This document shows positions 28,588-38,200 of a DNA stretch of 64,000 nucleotides, in pieces. Positions within the stretch are counted from its first letter, which is position 1, and every line of letters begins with the position of its first letter. The translations under genes were made by a program, and so were the position numbers. The DNA comes from Candidatus Raymondbacteria bacterium RIFOXYA2_FULL_49_16. Its GTDB lineage: Bacteria > Fibrobacterota > OXYB2-FULL-49-7 > XYB2-FULL-49-35. The stretch covers positions 10,770-74,769 of the forward strand of contig MFYT01000006.1 of the NCBI GenBank assembly GCA_001789205.1, in the 5' to 3' direction. The notes under the pieces are model-generated. The model did no database searches. It saw only the letters and a list, made by a program, of their open reading frames with translations, and was not told the origin of the DNA.

Positions 28588-29086
28588 ATGAGACGAATAC
28601 TAATATTGATGCTCTGCATTGCCGCTGATAAAAAGGGCGTTGTCTGGTTTGGCCATTTTTTTAGTCTCACCTGTCTTTTAAAAAATGCGACGCTTGTCCG
28701 CTATACGCCTGAAAATGGCCTGCTCAGCAAGGAGATAAACCAGGTGCTCTGTACGTCAAAAGGCGAGTTGTGGGTCAGTTATATGGGCAAAACCGCCAAG
28801 GTGAGCAGGTCAATGGACCAGGGAAAAAACTGGGAGCATTTTGAGCCTGTGACAGTCAAAGGTCTTGGCATGCAGGAGCCGGTTGGTCTTGGATGGTTGG
28901 AAAAAATATAAGCAGGAAGAAAAGGGGCTTGCCAGTTATCGCGTCTGGGACGTATTTGTTGACGCGACAAACGCGGTCTGGTGCGCATTTGTACTCGCGA
29001 TAGCCCAGATACCCGATGGGACGCTGTGGTTTGCTACGGCCCAGGGTGTCAGCTCGTTTGCTGGTGAGAAGAGACCCCGTGCGTAG
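28588..29086 (+). pseudogene. degenerate fragments of a two-component-regulator propeller (Reg_prop) sensor domain
   Basis: Two short overlapping ORFs carry Reg_prop-like blades (GELWVSYMGK..., GTLWFATAQGVSSFAG) but no complete domain, start or kinase part. Confidence 0.3.
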
Positions 29087-29107
29087 TGAGGGACCATCCT
29101 GTTTTTC

Positions 29108-31441
29108 TCATGCAAGCAATTTTTTTAAAAGTTTGGCAAGGTCGCTGCTCCGGTAGGGTTTGGCGGCCATGCCCGCAAAACCGAATTGTCCGGGATGGGC
29201 CAGCACCGGGTCGTTTGAATACCCGCTTGAGACAATGGCCCTGACCTGCGGATCAATATTTTTCAGCTGCTCAAGGGTTTCTTTGCCGCCCATGCCGTTA
29301 GGAATGGTAAGATCAAGAATGACCACGTCGAATTTCTTTCCCGCTTCCATTGCTGCCTTGTAGCTTCGCAGGGTTTCCTCTCCATGCATGGCAACCGAGA
29401 CATTGTATCCAAGATTTGAGAGCATATCAGTGGCAAGGTTGCGCAAAATAGGCTCGTCGTCCATAATTAGGATGCGGCCCGTGCCATGCGGCGCAATGTC
29501 CGCGGCGTTTTCCTCAGCAGCCAGGGGCCCGGTTGCGGCGGGCAAATAAATTGAAATAGCCGATCCTTTGCCCGGCTCGGATTCAACCGTGATTGTACCG
29601 AAGTGTTTTTTGACAATGGAATATGAGATGGCAAGCCCCAGACCGCTACCCTGTTGTTTGGTGGTGAAAAACGGGTCAAATATCTTTCCCGCCATTTCGC
29701 GGGGAATACCCACACCCGTATCAGCAATGGTGATGCGGGCGTAATTTCCCGGAGCCAGCGGAGGTATCTGTCCCGCACCAAGGACCAGGGTTTCTACTCC
29801 TATTCTGATTGTGCCGCTTCCAGGCATTGCCTGGCGCGCGTTAAGTACGATATTACTGATGAGTTGAGAAATCTGGCCTGGATCAGCCTCGCATGGCAGT
29901 TGCTGCTGGGCAAAGGTGTATTTGCATACGCAGGATGAACCGCTTATGGCAAGCTCGGCAGCGTCCCGAATAAGCGGCTGCAGATCAACGGGCTTTTTTG
30001 CCGGGCTGCCGCCTTTGGCAAAGGTAAGGAGCTGATTGGTGAGGTCTTTTACCCTGTTGAAGGCGCCCATTGCCCGGTCAAGATAATGCGCTGGCTTTTC
30101 ATCGGCCGAAAGCAGATTGCGCGCCATGTCGATGTATCCAAAAAGACCTGAGAGCATATTATTGAAATCGTGGGCAATGCCACCCGCGAGGATGCCCAGG
30201 GAATCAAGTTTTTGGGATTTTTGCATCTCGTATTCCAGGCGTTTGCGTTCTTCCTCGGCCTGTTTTATCTTTGTTTCATCAGTATAGACGGCAACGATCT
30301 CACCGGATGCTAGTTTGTACACATAGTTATCGCGCCATCCGACAATGCGATCGTCCATGTACTGGCCAACGGGAAAATGTTCCGGAGCGCCTGTGCGATA
30401 CACCCGCTGGAACACGGCGAAAATGCCAAAATCCCTGACACCGGGAAAGGCCTCGGTGACCCGTTTTCCTAAAACCTGCTCGCGCGGCATCTGTTCCATG
30501 GCTTGGGCTGCTTTGTTGAATTCCTTGAAGATAAAATCGTCCCCATTGTCCACGACCTCGTACACAGCCACGGCTGTCTGCATGGTATCGATGAGCATGC
30601 GGTAGCGGCCTTCACTCAGGACCATCTGCTGGTTTGCGGCGCGAAGCTGCTGTTCGGTCGCCTGAAGCTGTTGGTTCGCGGCCCGGAGCTGCTGTTCGTT
30701 AGCTGTCAACTGCTGGTTTGACGCCTTGAGCTGCTGTTCGCTTGCTGTCAGCTGCTGGTTGGTGCTGTCCAGCTTACGATTTGCATCAAACAATAGGTTC
30801 AGCATTGCGGTGCGGGCGCTGACAAACCGTATTGAGGTGACGAGCACATAGATAAAAAGGACCACGCACAAGACAAAAAGAACAATTTGGATCTTGTGAA
30901 ACGCGCTGATTTTCTCATCAATTGTCGCGTGGATTTCTGCAGTGAGGCTGTCCGCGCGCAGAATGAGTTCGGTAAAAAGCGAATCGTATGAAGCGTCAGA
31001 AAGTGAACGGTCGGAGAGCCTTTTTTGTGACAAATCTTTAATTGATAGAATGATGATAGAAAAGGTGTTTGAATAAGAACAGATGCCCGTGGTGCAGGTA
31101 TCGGGTTTTTTGACCCCCAGGACTTGGTGCATGCAGAGACGGCCTGCATGGGTCTCTGCGCTGTCGAGGCACGGCCAGAGAGAATCGAGCGTCTGGTCAG
31201 GATCGCCCGCGAGATATTCCTCGAATGCAAGGTGGGCGCGAATGGCTTCGTATTTTGCGTTTAGCGCTGCATGTTCAATGGGCAGCAGCGTACGGGTGAT
31301 TGTTGATTCAATGTGCAGGGAATAGGCGACGAATCCTGCGACAAACAACCCGAGCAGCGCTGCCGGAACATAGATCCGGCTGGCGCGTGTGAGGCGTTGT
31401 CGCCTGGCCGTCCTTGGTTCAGGGCCTTTCTTCATGGGCAT
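29108..31441 (-). CDS. hybrid sensor histidine kinase/response regulator (TM-periplasmic-TM, coiled coil, PAS, HisKA, HATPase_c, REC)
   Basis: Two TM segments, a QQL heptad coiled coil, a PAS domain, H-box LAGGIAHDFNNML, N/G boxes and a C-terminal receiver RILIMDDEP...D. Confidence 0.9.
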   Translation of the reverse strand: MPMKKGPEPRTARRQRLTRASRIYVPAALLGLFVAGFVAYSLHIESTITRTLLPIEHAALNAKYEAIRAHLAFEEYLAGDPDQTLDSLWPCLDSAETHAGRLCMHQVLGVKKPDTCTTGICSYSNTFSIIILSIKDLSQKRLSDRSLSDASYDSLFTELILRADSLTAEIHATIDEKISAFHKIQIVLFVLCVVLFIYVLVTSIRFVSARTAMLNLLFDANRKLDSTNQQLTASEQQLKASNQQLTANEQQLRAANQQLQATEQQLRAANQQMVLSEGRYRMLIDTMQTAVAVYEVVDNGDDFIFKEFNKAAQAMEQMPREQVLGKRVTEAFPGVRDFGIFAVFQRVYRTGAPEHFPVGQYMDDRIVGWRDNYVYKLASGEIVAVYTDETKIKQAEEERKRLEYEMQKSQKLDSLGILAGGIAHDFNNMLSGLFGYIDMARNLLSADEKPAHYLDRAMGAFNRVKDLTNQLLTFAKGGSPAKKPVDLQPLIRDAAELAISGSSCVCKYTFAQQQLPCEADPGQISQLISNIVLNARQAMPGSGTIRIGVETLVLGAGQIPPLAPGNYARITIADTGVGIPREMAGKIFDPFFTTKQQGSGLGLAISYSIVKKHFGTITVESEPGKGSAISIYLPAATGPLAAEENAADIAPHGTGRILIMDDEPILRNLATDMLSNLGYNVSVAMHGEETLRSYKAAMEAGKKFDVVILDLTIPNGMGGKETLEQLKNIDPQVRAIVSSGYSNDPVLAHPGQFGFAGMAAKPYRSSDLAKLLKKLLA
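30626..30772. repeat. 7 x 21-nt tandem repeat (3.5 x 42-nt higher-order unit) encoding a QQLxAxx heptad array
   Basis: Plus-strand units ctgctggtttgcggcgcgaag / ctgctgttcggtcgcctgaag / ... The minus strand encodes QQLTASE QQLKASN QQLTANE QQLRAAN QQLQATE QQLRAAN QQM.... Confidence 0.8.
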
Positions 31442-31944
31442 AGGAAACCTCCCTCAGATTTACCAGTCCGGCATCCGAAGCATCGCCCAGACCGCAGAAG
31501 ACCTGGCCTGTTGCGCAGTGCAGAGTAATGCGCCGCCGTAAAAAACCGCCAAGAGAAGAAGCGGCAAGGGGCAGGCTTAAGTCGTAGAGGGTCTGCAATG
31601 CGCTGTCTATGTTCATTTCACAAATGGTATCTTCGTGCCGCTGGAGCACATTGGCCCCGCCAGCGACAAAGGCGACCAGGGATTGGGACTTCGAACCGCA
31701 CTCAAGAAGCCGCTGCACCAGTCGGGCTGCCGCGTTCGAAATGTATTTTGAGCACATTGTCCGTGCCATGTATTGGCGCGCTTCCCGGCAGCATGGCATG
31801 GGCGAGTCCGCCCGCGCACGCCACGGGATCATAGAGGCCTATGACAATGCATGAGCCGATTGCGCTGGAGACAAGCGCCGTGTTCCCGGTACCTACCCCC
31901 ACCTCACCGGTCTGGACGTCGATGACATGCCGTTCGTAGCGCAT
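31419..31944 (-). pseudogene. cheD: chemoreceptor glutamine deamidase CheD, split by a +1 frameshift
   Basis: The N-terminal half (31702-31944; GSCIVIGLYDP...GGLAHAMLPGS) and C-terminal half (31419-31832; SKYISNAAARLVQRL...FVAGGANVL...) lie in adjacent frames. The shift maps to about 31755-31785 with no homopolymer. Confidence 0.55.
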
Positions 31945-32089
31945 AAAATTTCACTTTGTAAGGATACCGAAAATATATGTTTGTTATTTTCCGGTATCAA
32001 TTGAAAAAATGAAACTATTTGACCTTGCCAATAAATTTATTATTTTTTACAATCCTTATGATACGAAAAAAATCAACCAAGGAGATTCA

Positions 32090-32293
32090 ATGGCAGGCCA
32101 AATTAAGCGATTAATAGACACGATTATTACCCAGCGTGCAAAAGGAAATACAACAATTATGTATACGACAAAAGCAAAATTGACGTTGAAAGGGGTTAAT
32201 CCCGACTTGTTTTCAGATACATCAGCCGACGATCCCGAAACTATTAACCGGCTTAAAGGGATAGCCGCCGAACTCGGCGTGACCATTGCTTAA
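32090..32293 (+). CDS. hypothetical small protein (67 aa)
   Basis: AAGGAG 7 nt before the ATG at 32090. Product MAGQIKRLIDTIITQRAKGNTT..., 39 nt upstream of the FIST gene. No recognised family. Confidence 0.4.
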   Translation: MAGQIKRLIDTIITQRAKGNTTIMYTTKAKLTLKGVNPDLFSDTSADDPETINRLKGIAAELGVTIA

Positions 32294-32331
32294 GAATTTA
32301 ATAATAGAACTTTTATAACAGGAGTATTACA

Positions 32332-33435
32332 ATGGCAATCAAGCAAGTGTATTCGCTTCAGGAAACGAAGCTGGTAGCCGGTGATTTTAAAAAGCAATTG
32401 GGTTCCTTCTCTCCTTCTGTTGTCTTGTTTTTCGCGTCAGTCAGCCACGACCACTCTCTTCTTAATACGGAGTTGCAGAAGGCCTTTCCCGGAGCAAAGA
32501 TTTTCGGTTGTTCCACAGCAGGGGAAATCGTTACAGGCAAGATGCTCAGCAACGCTGTTGTATGCATGTGTTTCGACAAGGAAACGATCGCCGATGCGCA
32601 TATTGAGGTCCTTGAGAACATCGCTTCCGAAGACCGGGTGCCAGAAACGTTTAAGAAATTCGAAACGTATTTCAAGACACCAATTAAAGATATGGATGTA
32701 TCACAGTATGTGGGTATCATCCTTATTGATGGGATGAGCGGGGCCGAAGAGCGCGTCATGGACCGCATTGGCAATTTGACGGACATTTCATTTATCGGCG
32801 GTTCCGCGGGCGACGACCTGCAATTCAAAAAGACGTTCGTTTCCTCGGGAGGAAAGGCCTATTCGGGCGCGGCGGTATTGGCGCTTTTAAAGCCAGTCAA
32901 CGGCTTCGATTTTCTTAAGACGCAAAGTTTTTCTTCGACCGGAAAAAAGTTGAAGGCGACGGACGTTGATGAAACCGCGCGCACTGTCCACGCATTCGAC
33001 GGAAAACCAGCTATGCAGGCGTATGCGCAGGTGCTTGGTGTATCATTGGCGGATGCCGGGCAGAAATTTATGACAAATCCAGTTGGGCTCAAGGTAGGAG
33101 AGGAATTTTATGTGCGAAGCCCCCAGCAGCCGCAGGGACAATCGCTGCGTTTTTATTGCAACATTAAAAAAGGGATGGAACTCGATGTCCTGGTTTCCCG
33201 CGATATAGTCCAGGATACGCGCATCGCCTTGGACGCGAAGAAGAAGGAACTTGGCCTGATACGCGGCATTATTGATTTTCATTGCATTTTGCGCACACTC
33301 GAGCTTCGGCAGAAAAACCAATGCGATGCCTATGGAAAACTGTTCGAAGGAATCCCTGCGATTGGGTTCTCAACATATGGTGAGGAATTTATAGGCCATA
33401 TTAACCAAACCTCTACAATGTTGATTTTTAAATAG
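32332..33435 (+). CDS. FIST N/FIST C domain sensory protein
   Basis: 367-aa layout VVLFFASVSHD...IFGCSTAGEI...FIGGSAGDD...IGFSTYGEE is typical of FIST_N plus FIST_C. Confidence 0.7.
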   Translation: MAIKQVYSLQETKLVAGDFKKQLGSFSPSVVLFFASVSHDHSLLNTELQKAFPGAKIFGCSTAGEIVTGKMLSNAVVCMCFDKETIADAHIEVLENIASEDRVPETFKKFETYFKTPIKDMDVSQYVGIILIDGMSGAEERVMDRIGNLTDISFIGGSAGDDLQFKKTFVSSGGKAYSGAAVLALLKPVNGFDFLKTQSFSSTGKKLKATDVDETARTVHAFDGKPAMQAYAQVLGVSLADAGQKFMTNPVGLKVGEEFYVRSPQQPQGQSLRFYCNIKKGMELDVLVSRDIVQDTRIALDAKKKELGLIRGIIDFHCILRTLELRQKNQCDAYGKLFEGIPAIGFSTYGEEFIGHINQTSTMLIFK

Positions 33436-33517
33436 AACGGGCGCAATTCTACGGGACCCAATCGGGCACGTCGGGCGATATCGCGTGCCGTATACGCGAA
33501 AATATGCCGCTGTCTTA

Positions 33518-34051
33518 TTATGCCGCTGTCTTATTTAGTATAAGGCAGCGGTTTTTAGTTTTTATGGTAAATTTCCGCGTACCCTGATACAGGATGACTA
33601 CCAGGGTGATGCCAAAGTACACCATGTCGCGCACCAGGAGTTCACGGGGGTCTGAAAATTCGCCCGCCTTGTGAAAGCCGAAGCAGCCGCAGTCGAATTG
33701 CAGGCCGCGCATCAGATTATAACTGATTGCCACGATGAATATAAGCAGCATACCGTTGATAAGCACTGCTGCCGAACGGGGCCATATGCCAAACACAAGG
33801 CAGAGACCGCAGACCAGCTCGAAAAAGGGCAGCATGATGGCCAGCACGTTTATGGTAACCCCCGGCATTATCTTGTAGCCATAGATGACTTTTGCCATGT
33901 CGGCCGGATGCATTATTTTATGAACGCAGGAATAGACAAAGAGCCCTCCTAAAAAGAGGCGGCAGGCAAGTTCCACATAGGGATTGCCGAAAAAAGCGGC
34001 GAGTTTAGTTTTCAACGGGAAGGCCCTCCGATTTCCATGCCGGGAATCCAT
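33518..34051 (-). CDS. MauE/DoxX family membrane protein
   Basis: Four TM segments with the MauE pattern (LFLGGLFVYSCVHKI, conserved CGCFG). An alternative TTG start at 34015 would reduce the overlap with the rhodanese gene. Confidence 0.6.
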   Translation of the reverse strand: MDSRHGNRRAFPLKTKLAAFFGNPYVELACRLFLGGLFVYSCVHKIMHPADMAKVIYGYKIMPGVTINVLAIMLPFFELVCGLCLVFGIWPRSAAVLINGMLLIFIVAISYNLMRGLQFDCGCFGFHKAGEFSDPRELLVRDMVYFGITLVVILYQGTRKFTIKTKNRCLILNKTAA

Positions 34052-34499
34052 CGATAAAGACTTTTACGTGTACATATCCCGCGTTTTCAAGGTTTTCGGC
34101 AAGTTCGTGGCTATCGGGACATTCGCGGCCGCTGCAATAGGCCACAATGAGCGTTGAATCGGGGTATGCCTGCCTGAATGGGCCGAACACGCTGAAAAAA
34201 TTGTCTACCGGCAGCGAGATTGCCCCGCGAATGTGGCCCGCTGCATAGTCTTCGGCAGCGCGTGCATCGACAAAAAGAACGCCTTCGTTAAAATACTCCT
34301 GCGCCTTGGGCAAGTCTATCTCCCTCGCCTGGTTGATAAAATCGTGCTTGGCCTTTGCCGATATAACGCCTTTTGCCGTGTCCCACTGGCCAACCAGGGC
34401 GATGCCGCGAGGGGAAAGCGCATTGACGATAAAGGCCAACGCTATGGCGATAAGGGCAATGACAATGCATCCTTTACTGGTATTGATTATTGCTGCCAT
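34005..34499 (-). CDS. rhodanese-like sulfurtransferase domain protein with N-terminal TM anchor
   Basis: Active-site loop YCSGRECPDS (CX4/5R) and LFVDARAAEDYAAGHIRGAISLP. Confidence 0.8.
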   Translation of the reverse strand: MAAIINTSKGCIVIALIAIALAFIVNALSPRGIALVGQWDTAKGVISAKAKHDFINQAREIDLPKAQEYFNEGVLFVDARAAEDYAAGHIRGAISLPVDNFFSVFGPFRQAYPDSTLIVAYCSGRECPDSHELAENLENAGYVHVKVFIDGFPAWKSEGLPVEN

Positions 34500-35203
34500 T
34501 TTTTTATCGAGGCCCCTATGCGTTTGGTGAATTTTCTGCCATCGGCGAACGAAACCGAAAGATCCACATGGCCATATCTGGTTGAATCGACTGGAGCGGT
34601 TATTTTTGGTTCTATGGAAAAATCGAAGGTCTGATTAGCCTGAAGCGTGAGGCCTGTAACGGGAAAGCGTTTGCTGAACACCAGTTCCTTCAAGTCCGTG
34701 ACCACGTTAATCTCTGTCAGCGGAGACTGGTGGTCATTGGTCACGGTAAATGCGATCTCTTTTTCCTGAGTGGTTTTCCCGTCCTTTTCACATGAAAACT
34801 TGATATAGGTTGGATTATACGACCAGACGCGTTTGATATCAGCCGTGAACGCGACCACTGCATAGGGCTTTTGCGGATCGTTTGAATAGACCGTGACGGT
34901 CTTGTGCACATTGCCGAAGAATTTTTCTGAATCAAAGGTGATTTTCAGCGCGCCTTTTTCACCGGGAGCCAGCTGTTTCTTTGCCATCTCGGGAGCGGTA
35001 CAGCCGCACGAGCGGTCGATTTTGCCGATTACCAGGTCAGCGTCGCCCGTGTTTGTTATCTCACAGGAATACGAGACAATGTCGCCTTGGATGAGCGTGC
35101 CCATGGAAAAGGAGTCGGGAGCAACAACAATGCGTGGAGCAGCGGTAACTGTGCAGGCAAGAATAATGGGTAAAATAATAGCCGACAGGCGCCTAAGAGT
35201 CAT
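34487..35203 (-). CDS. DUF1573 domain protein (secreted, Ig-like)
   Basis: Signal peptide followed by NTGDADLVIGKIDRSCGCTAPE, the DUF1573 signature. Confidence 0.75.
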   Translation of the reverse strand: MTLRRLSAIILPIILACTVTAAPRIVVAPDSFSMGTLIQGDIVSYSCEITNTGDADLVIGKIDRSCGCTAPEMAKKQLAPGEKGALKITFDSEKFFGNVHKTVTVYSNDPQKPYAVVAFTADIKRVWSYNPTYIKFSCEKDGKTTQEKEIAFTVTNDHQSPLTEINVVTDLKELVFSKRFPVTGLTLQANQTFDFSIEPKITAPVDSTRYGHVDLSVSFADGRKFTKRIGASIKKWQQ

Positions 35204-35235
35204 GGGAGAAAAGTATTAAATTCGGCGGGCTGATA

Positions 35236-38200
35236 TCAATTTTTCTCTGCTGGTTTTTTGTCGGCTGTGTCTTGTTTGTTAAAACTTTGCACGTTGAACG
35301 AGAAGATATTGATTTTGGACATGATATTGGGCGGATAGAGGTTGCCGTCGTTTTCGAGTGAAATGACCGGATATTTGCGTTCGTGCGCCCACGGACCATA
35401 GATGGACTCGATTAAGCGGCCGGGCAGACAGGCAAAGGGTGCGATAATGACAATGCCTGAATATCCCTGTTCCATGGCTTCGGCAGCTACCGAAGGCGAA
35501 AGCGTTGCCTCGGTGGCAAAATCCGTAGAAGTGAATTCGTCGGCGCGCGCCATTATTTTCATCATATTAGAAGGCGCGGCCGGGAAAATGCCCGAGGCCT
35601 GGAAGGCATGTTCAATTTTATGCTGGACTTTGTGCTTCCACCAGAATTCTACACGCAACAGCGCCCGCTTGAGCAGGTAGCGGGTGACAATTTTGTTCCA
35701 CAAAGGTTTTTTTCTGTACGCCAGCTTCAGTTCGTATTCGCGCATGAAATCGAGATAGTGTATCCACTCGGAAAGGCCCGAGATGCGCGCCATGATACCC
35801 CATTCGGTAAGGGTGTCGATGAGCGATTGCACTGAAAAGTCATCGCGCCGCACGTAGATTTCGCCCACTACCAGGACTTTTTTAACCGTGGTAAGATCGC
35901 GCGCCAGAGGCAGAGTACGCAGTTTTAGGGACATTTCATGGATGACCTTGGGCAAATCGCGTGACAGATTGCCGCTGGCAAAGACCTCGATCATTTTTTT
36001 CCAGTATTCATCGGCAATGGCAAAGCCGTCCTCGGGATTTTTCAAACAGACACGCATGCCGCTCTTGAGGTCTTTCATGGCATCGCCCGCGCACACCGCA
36101 TGCCAGGCCATGAGCGTGAAGCCGCGTCCAAGTTCGGAGTACGAATTGTCAGAATTAAGTTTGAGCAGCGCGATGTTGGGAAATCCTTTTTCGCGTAAAA
36201 TTCGGTCGAAAAAGACCGCGTATTGGCCCGTGCGGCAGGGACCGGTGGTAATAGGCATAAAGAGCACGTAGATTTTTTCAGGGTCTATAGTAAACTCGTT
36301 GAAATAGCGGATAAAGGCGCCTAAAACCAAAAGCGCGGGAACGCACTCCTTTCCGCTGGCAACATTGCGCGCAAGCTGGAGCGAGGTGCGGTCGGGCACG
36401 GGCAGGGGCACGGCATTGACCCCGCACCTGTTGGCGATGGTGGCAATGGCTTCGGTGGATTCGCTGCCCATGGAGGGCAGGAGCAGGACCACGCGTTTGT
36501 CGAGCAGGTCGATTTTTTTGCCGGTCTGCAAATCTTCAATCTTGATGTTTTTATCGGCGATTTTAATGTCGTACCGACGATCGAACACGGTACCGGGTTT
36601 GAACATGGCGCTGCGCGCGTACCCGTCGATAATGTCGAGAAAAGCCTCGATGCGTGTATCGACACCCGCATCGGCAGTGTGCGAATCGAGTTCGAGCACC
36701 AGGAAGGGCTTGGTGCCGTTTATCCAGCGCATGTAGTGGAGGATAAAGGAGTCGGGCGCGCAGGAAAAATTGGATAGATAGCACTGGTAGAGGCTCTTGT
36801 ATTTGGCGATGTTTTCCGCGGCCCGCATGTTTTGCTGTCCATAGTACCAGTACATGTTTTCGTAGATATCCGCGTTTTCGAGCGGAACAAAATCAAAGGG
36901 AATGACCGTGAAACCGCGCGAGGTAAATTTGCGCGGGATACCCATGTTGGTGTAGTGGGTAAAGGCGTTGTAGGGTCTTCCGAAAACCACTATGGCGCGC
37001 CGGCCTTCGGCCTCGTACCGTTCCATGGCGCTTTTTCCGATCTCATTGGCTTTTTTAAGGTATTTGAGGTACGCGACCACTCCTTTGCGGAATGCGTGGC
37101 GGCCTTCTTTTGCTGAAAAGCCCAGTTTTTGCGCGGTTTCGATAAAAGGTTTACCGCCTTTGTCAAAGCCGTGAGCGAAGTCGATGACCGGTCGCAGAAT
37201 TTTTTCATCAGGGATCTGGAATGCGGTGCGGATATAGTAGGGGAAACCCTGCACAATAGGGCACAAGCAGGCGTGGGCATCGTCCTGCATGGTTTCCATG
37301 AACTTGAAATGCGGCAGGAAATAGTAGTCCACATTTTTTTTATAGAGCTCTTCGGTCATGGCGTGCGCGATTTCACCCGGATAGCAGAAGGGCGCGTTCA
37401 TTTTATCCAGGCCATCTTTGTCCGGTGTCTCGGACAGAATGGTTTTTACGCCAAGTTCCGCAAAGAAGGTGGCGTAGAGCGGCCACAGGTTGTAGACTGA
37501 GAAGGCCTGGGGAATGCCGACAACGAGATCTTTTTTCGGTACGACCTTTGAGAGATCGGGAGCGAATTCGGAAAAGAGCATGGTGTGGCGTACGGCAATG
37601 AGATCTTCAACCTTTGCCTCATCGACCTGTACTTTTTTGCGGCTGTTGGCGTATTTGTTGCACCTGCCGCCGAAAAAGTAGCGTGAATCAGCCACGCGGA
37701 GCTTGCGGATGGGGCAGTAGTTGTCGCACGATTTACAGACGAATTCGCCCTCATATACAATTTCGGCAGCGAGAATGGCGTTGAACGAGAAATCACCGGC
37801 ATCGAGCAGGCCGTCGGCGTGTTTCTGCTTGGCGAGTATGCCCACGCCAAAGCAGCCCATGAGTTCGGGGTCGGGCGGCACCACAATGGGCTTGTTTACC
37901 AGTGCGGCAAAGGCCAGGGGGATGCCGCTATTTTTTGCCACGCCGCCCTGCAGCACAACGCGATTGCCGATGGAACGATTGCCTACAACGCGGTTGAGGT
38001 AATTATGTACAATGGAGTAAACAAGGCCGGCCACGATGTTTTCGCGGCTTGCGCCTTCCTGGATGGCCTTGCGTATGTCGGAATTGATGAAGGCCGAGCA
38101 ATGCTCGCCGAAACGGAGCGGCGCCTCGGCCTTTTCGGCAATGGGACCAATCTCGGCTGCCTGGTGTATATTGAGATCTCCGTGGGCTGATTCCTCGAGA

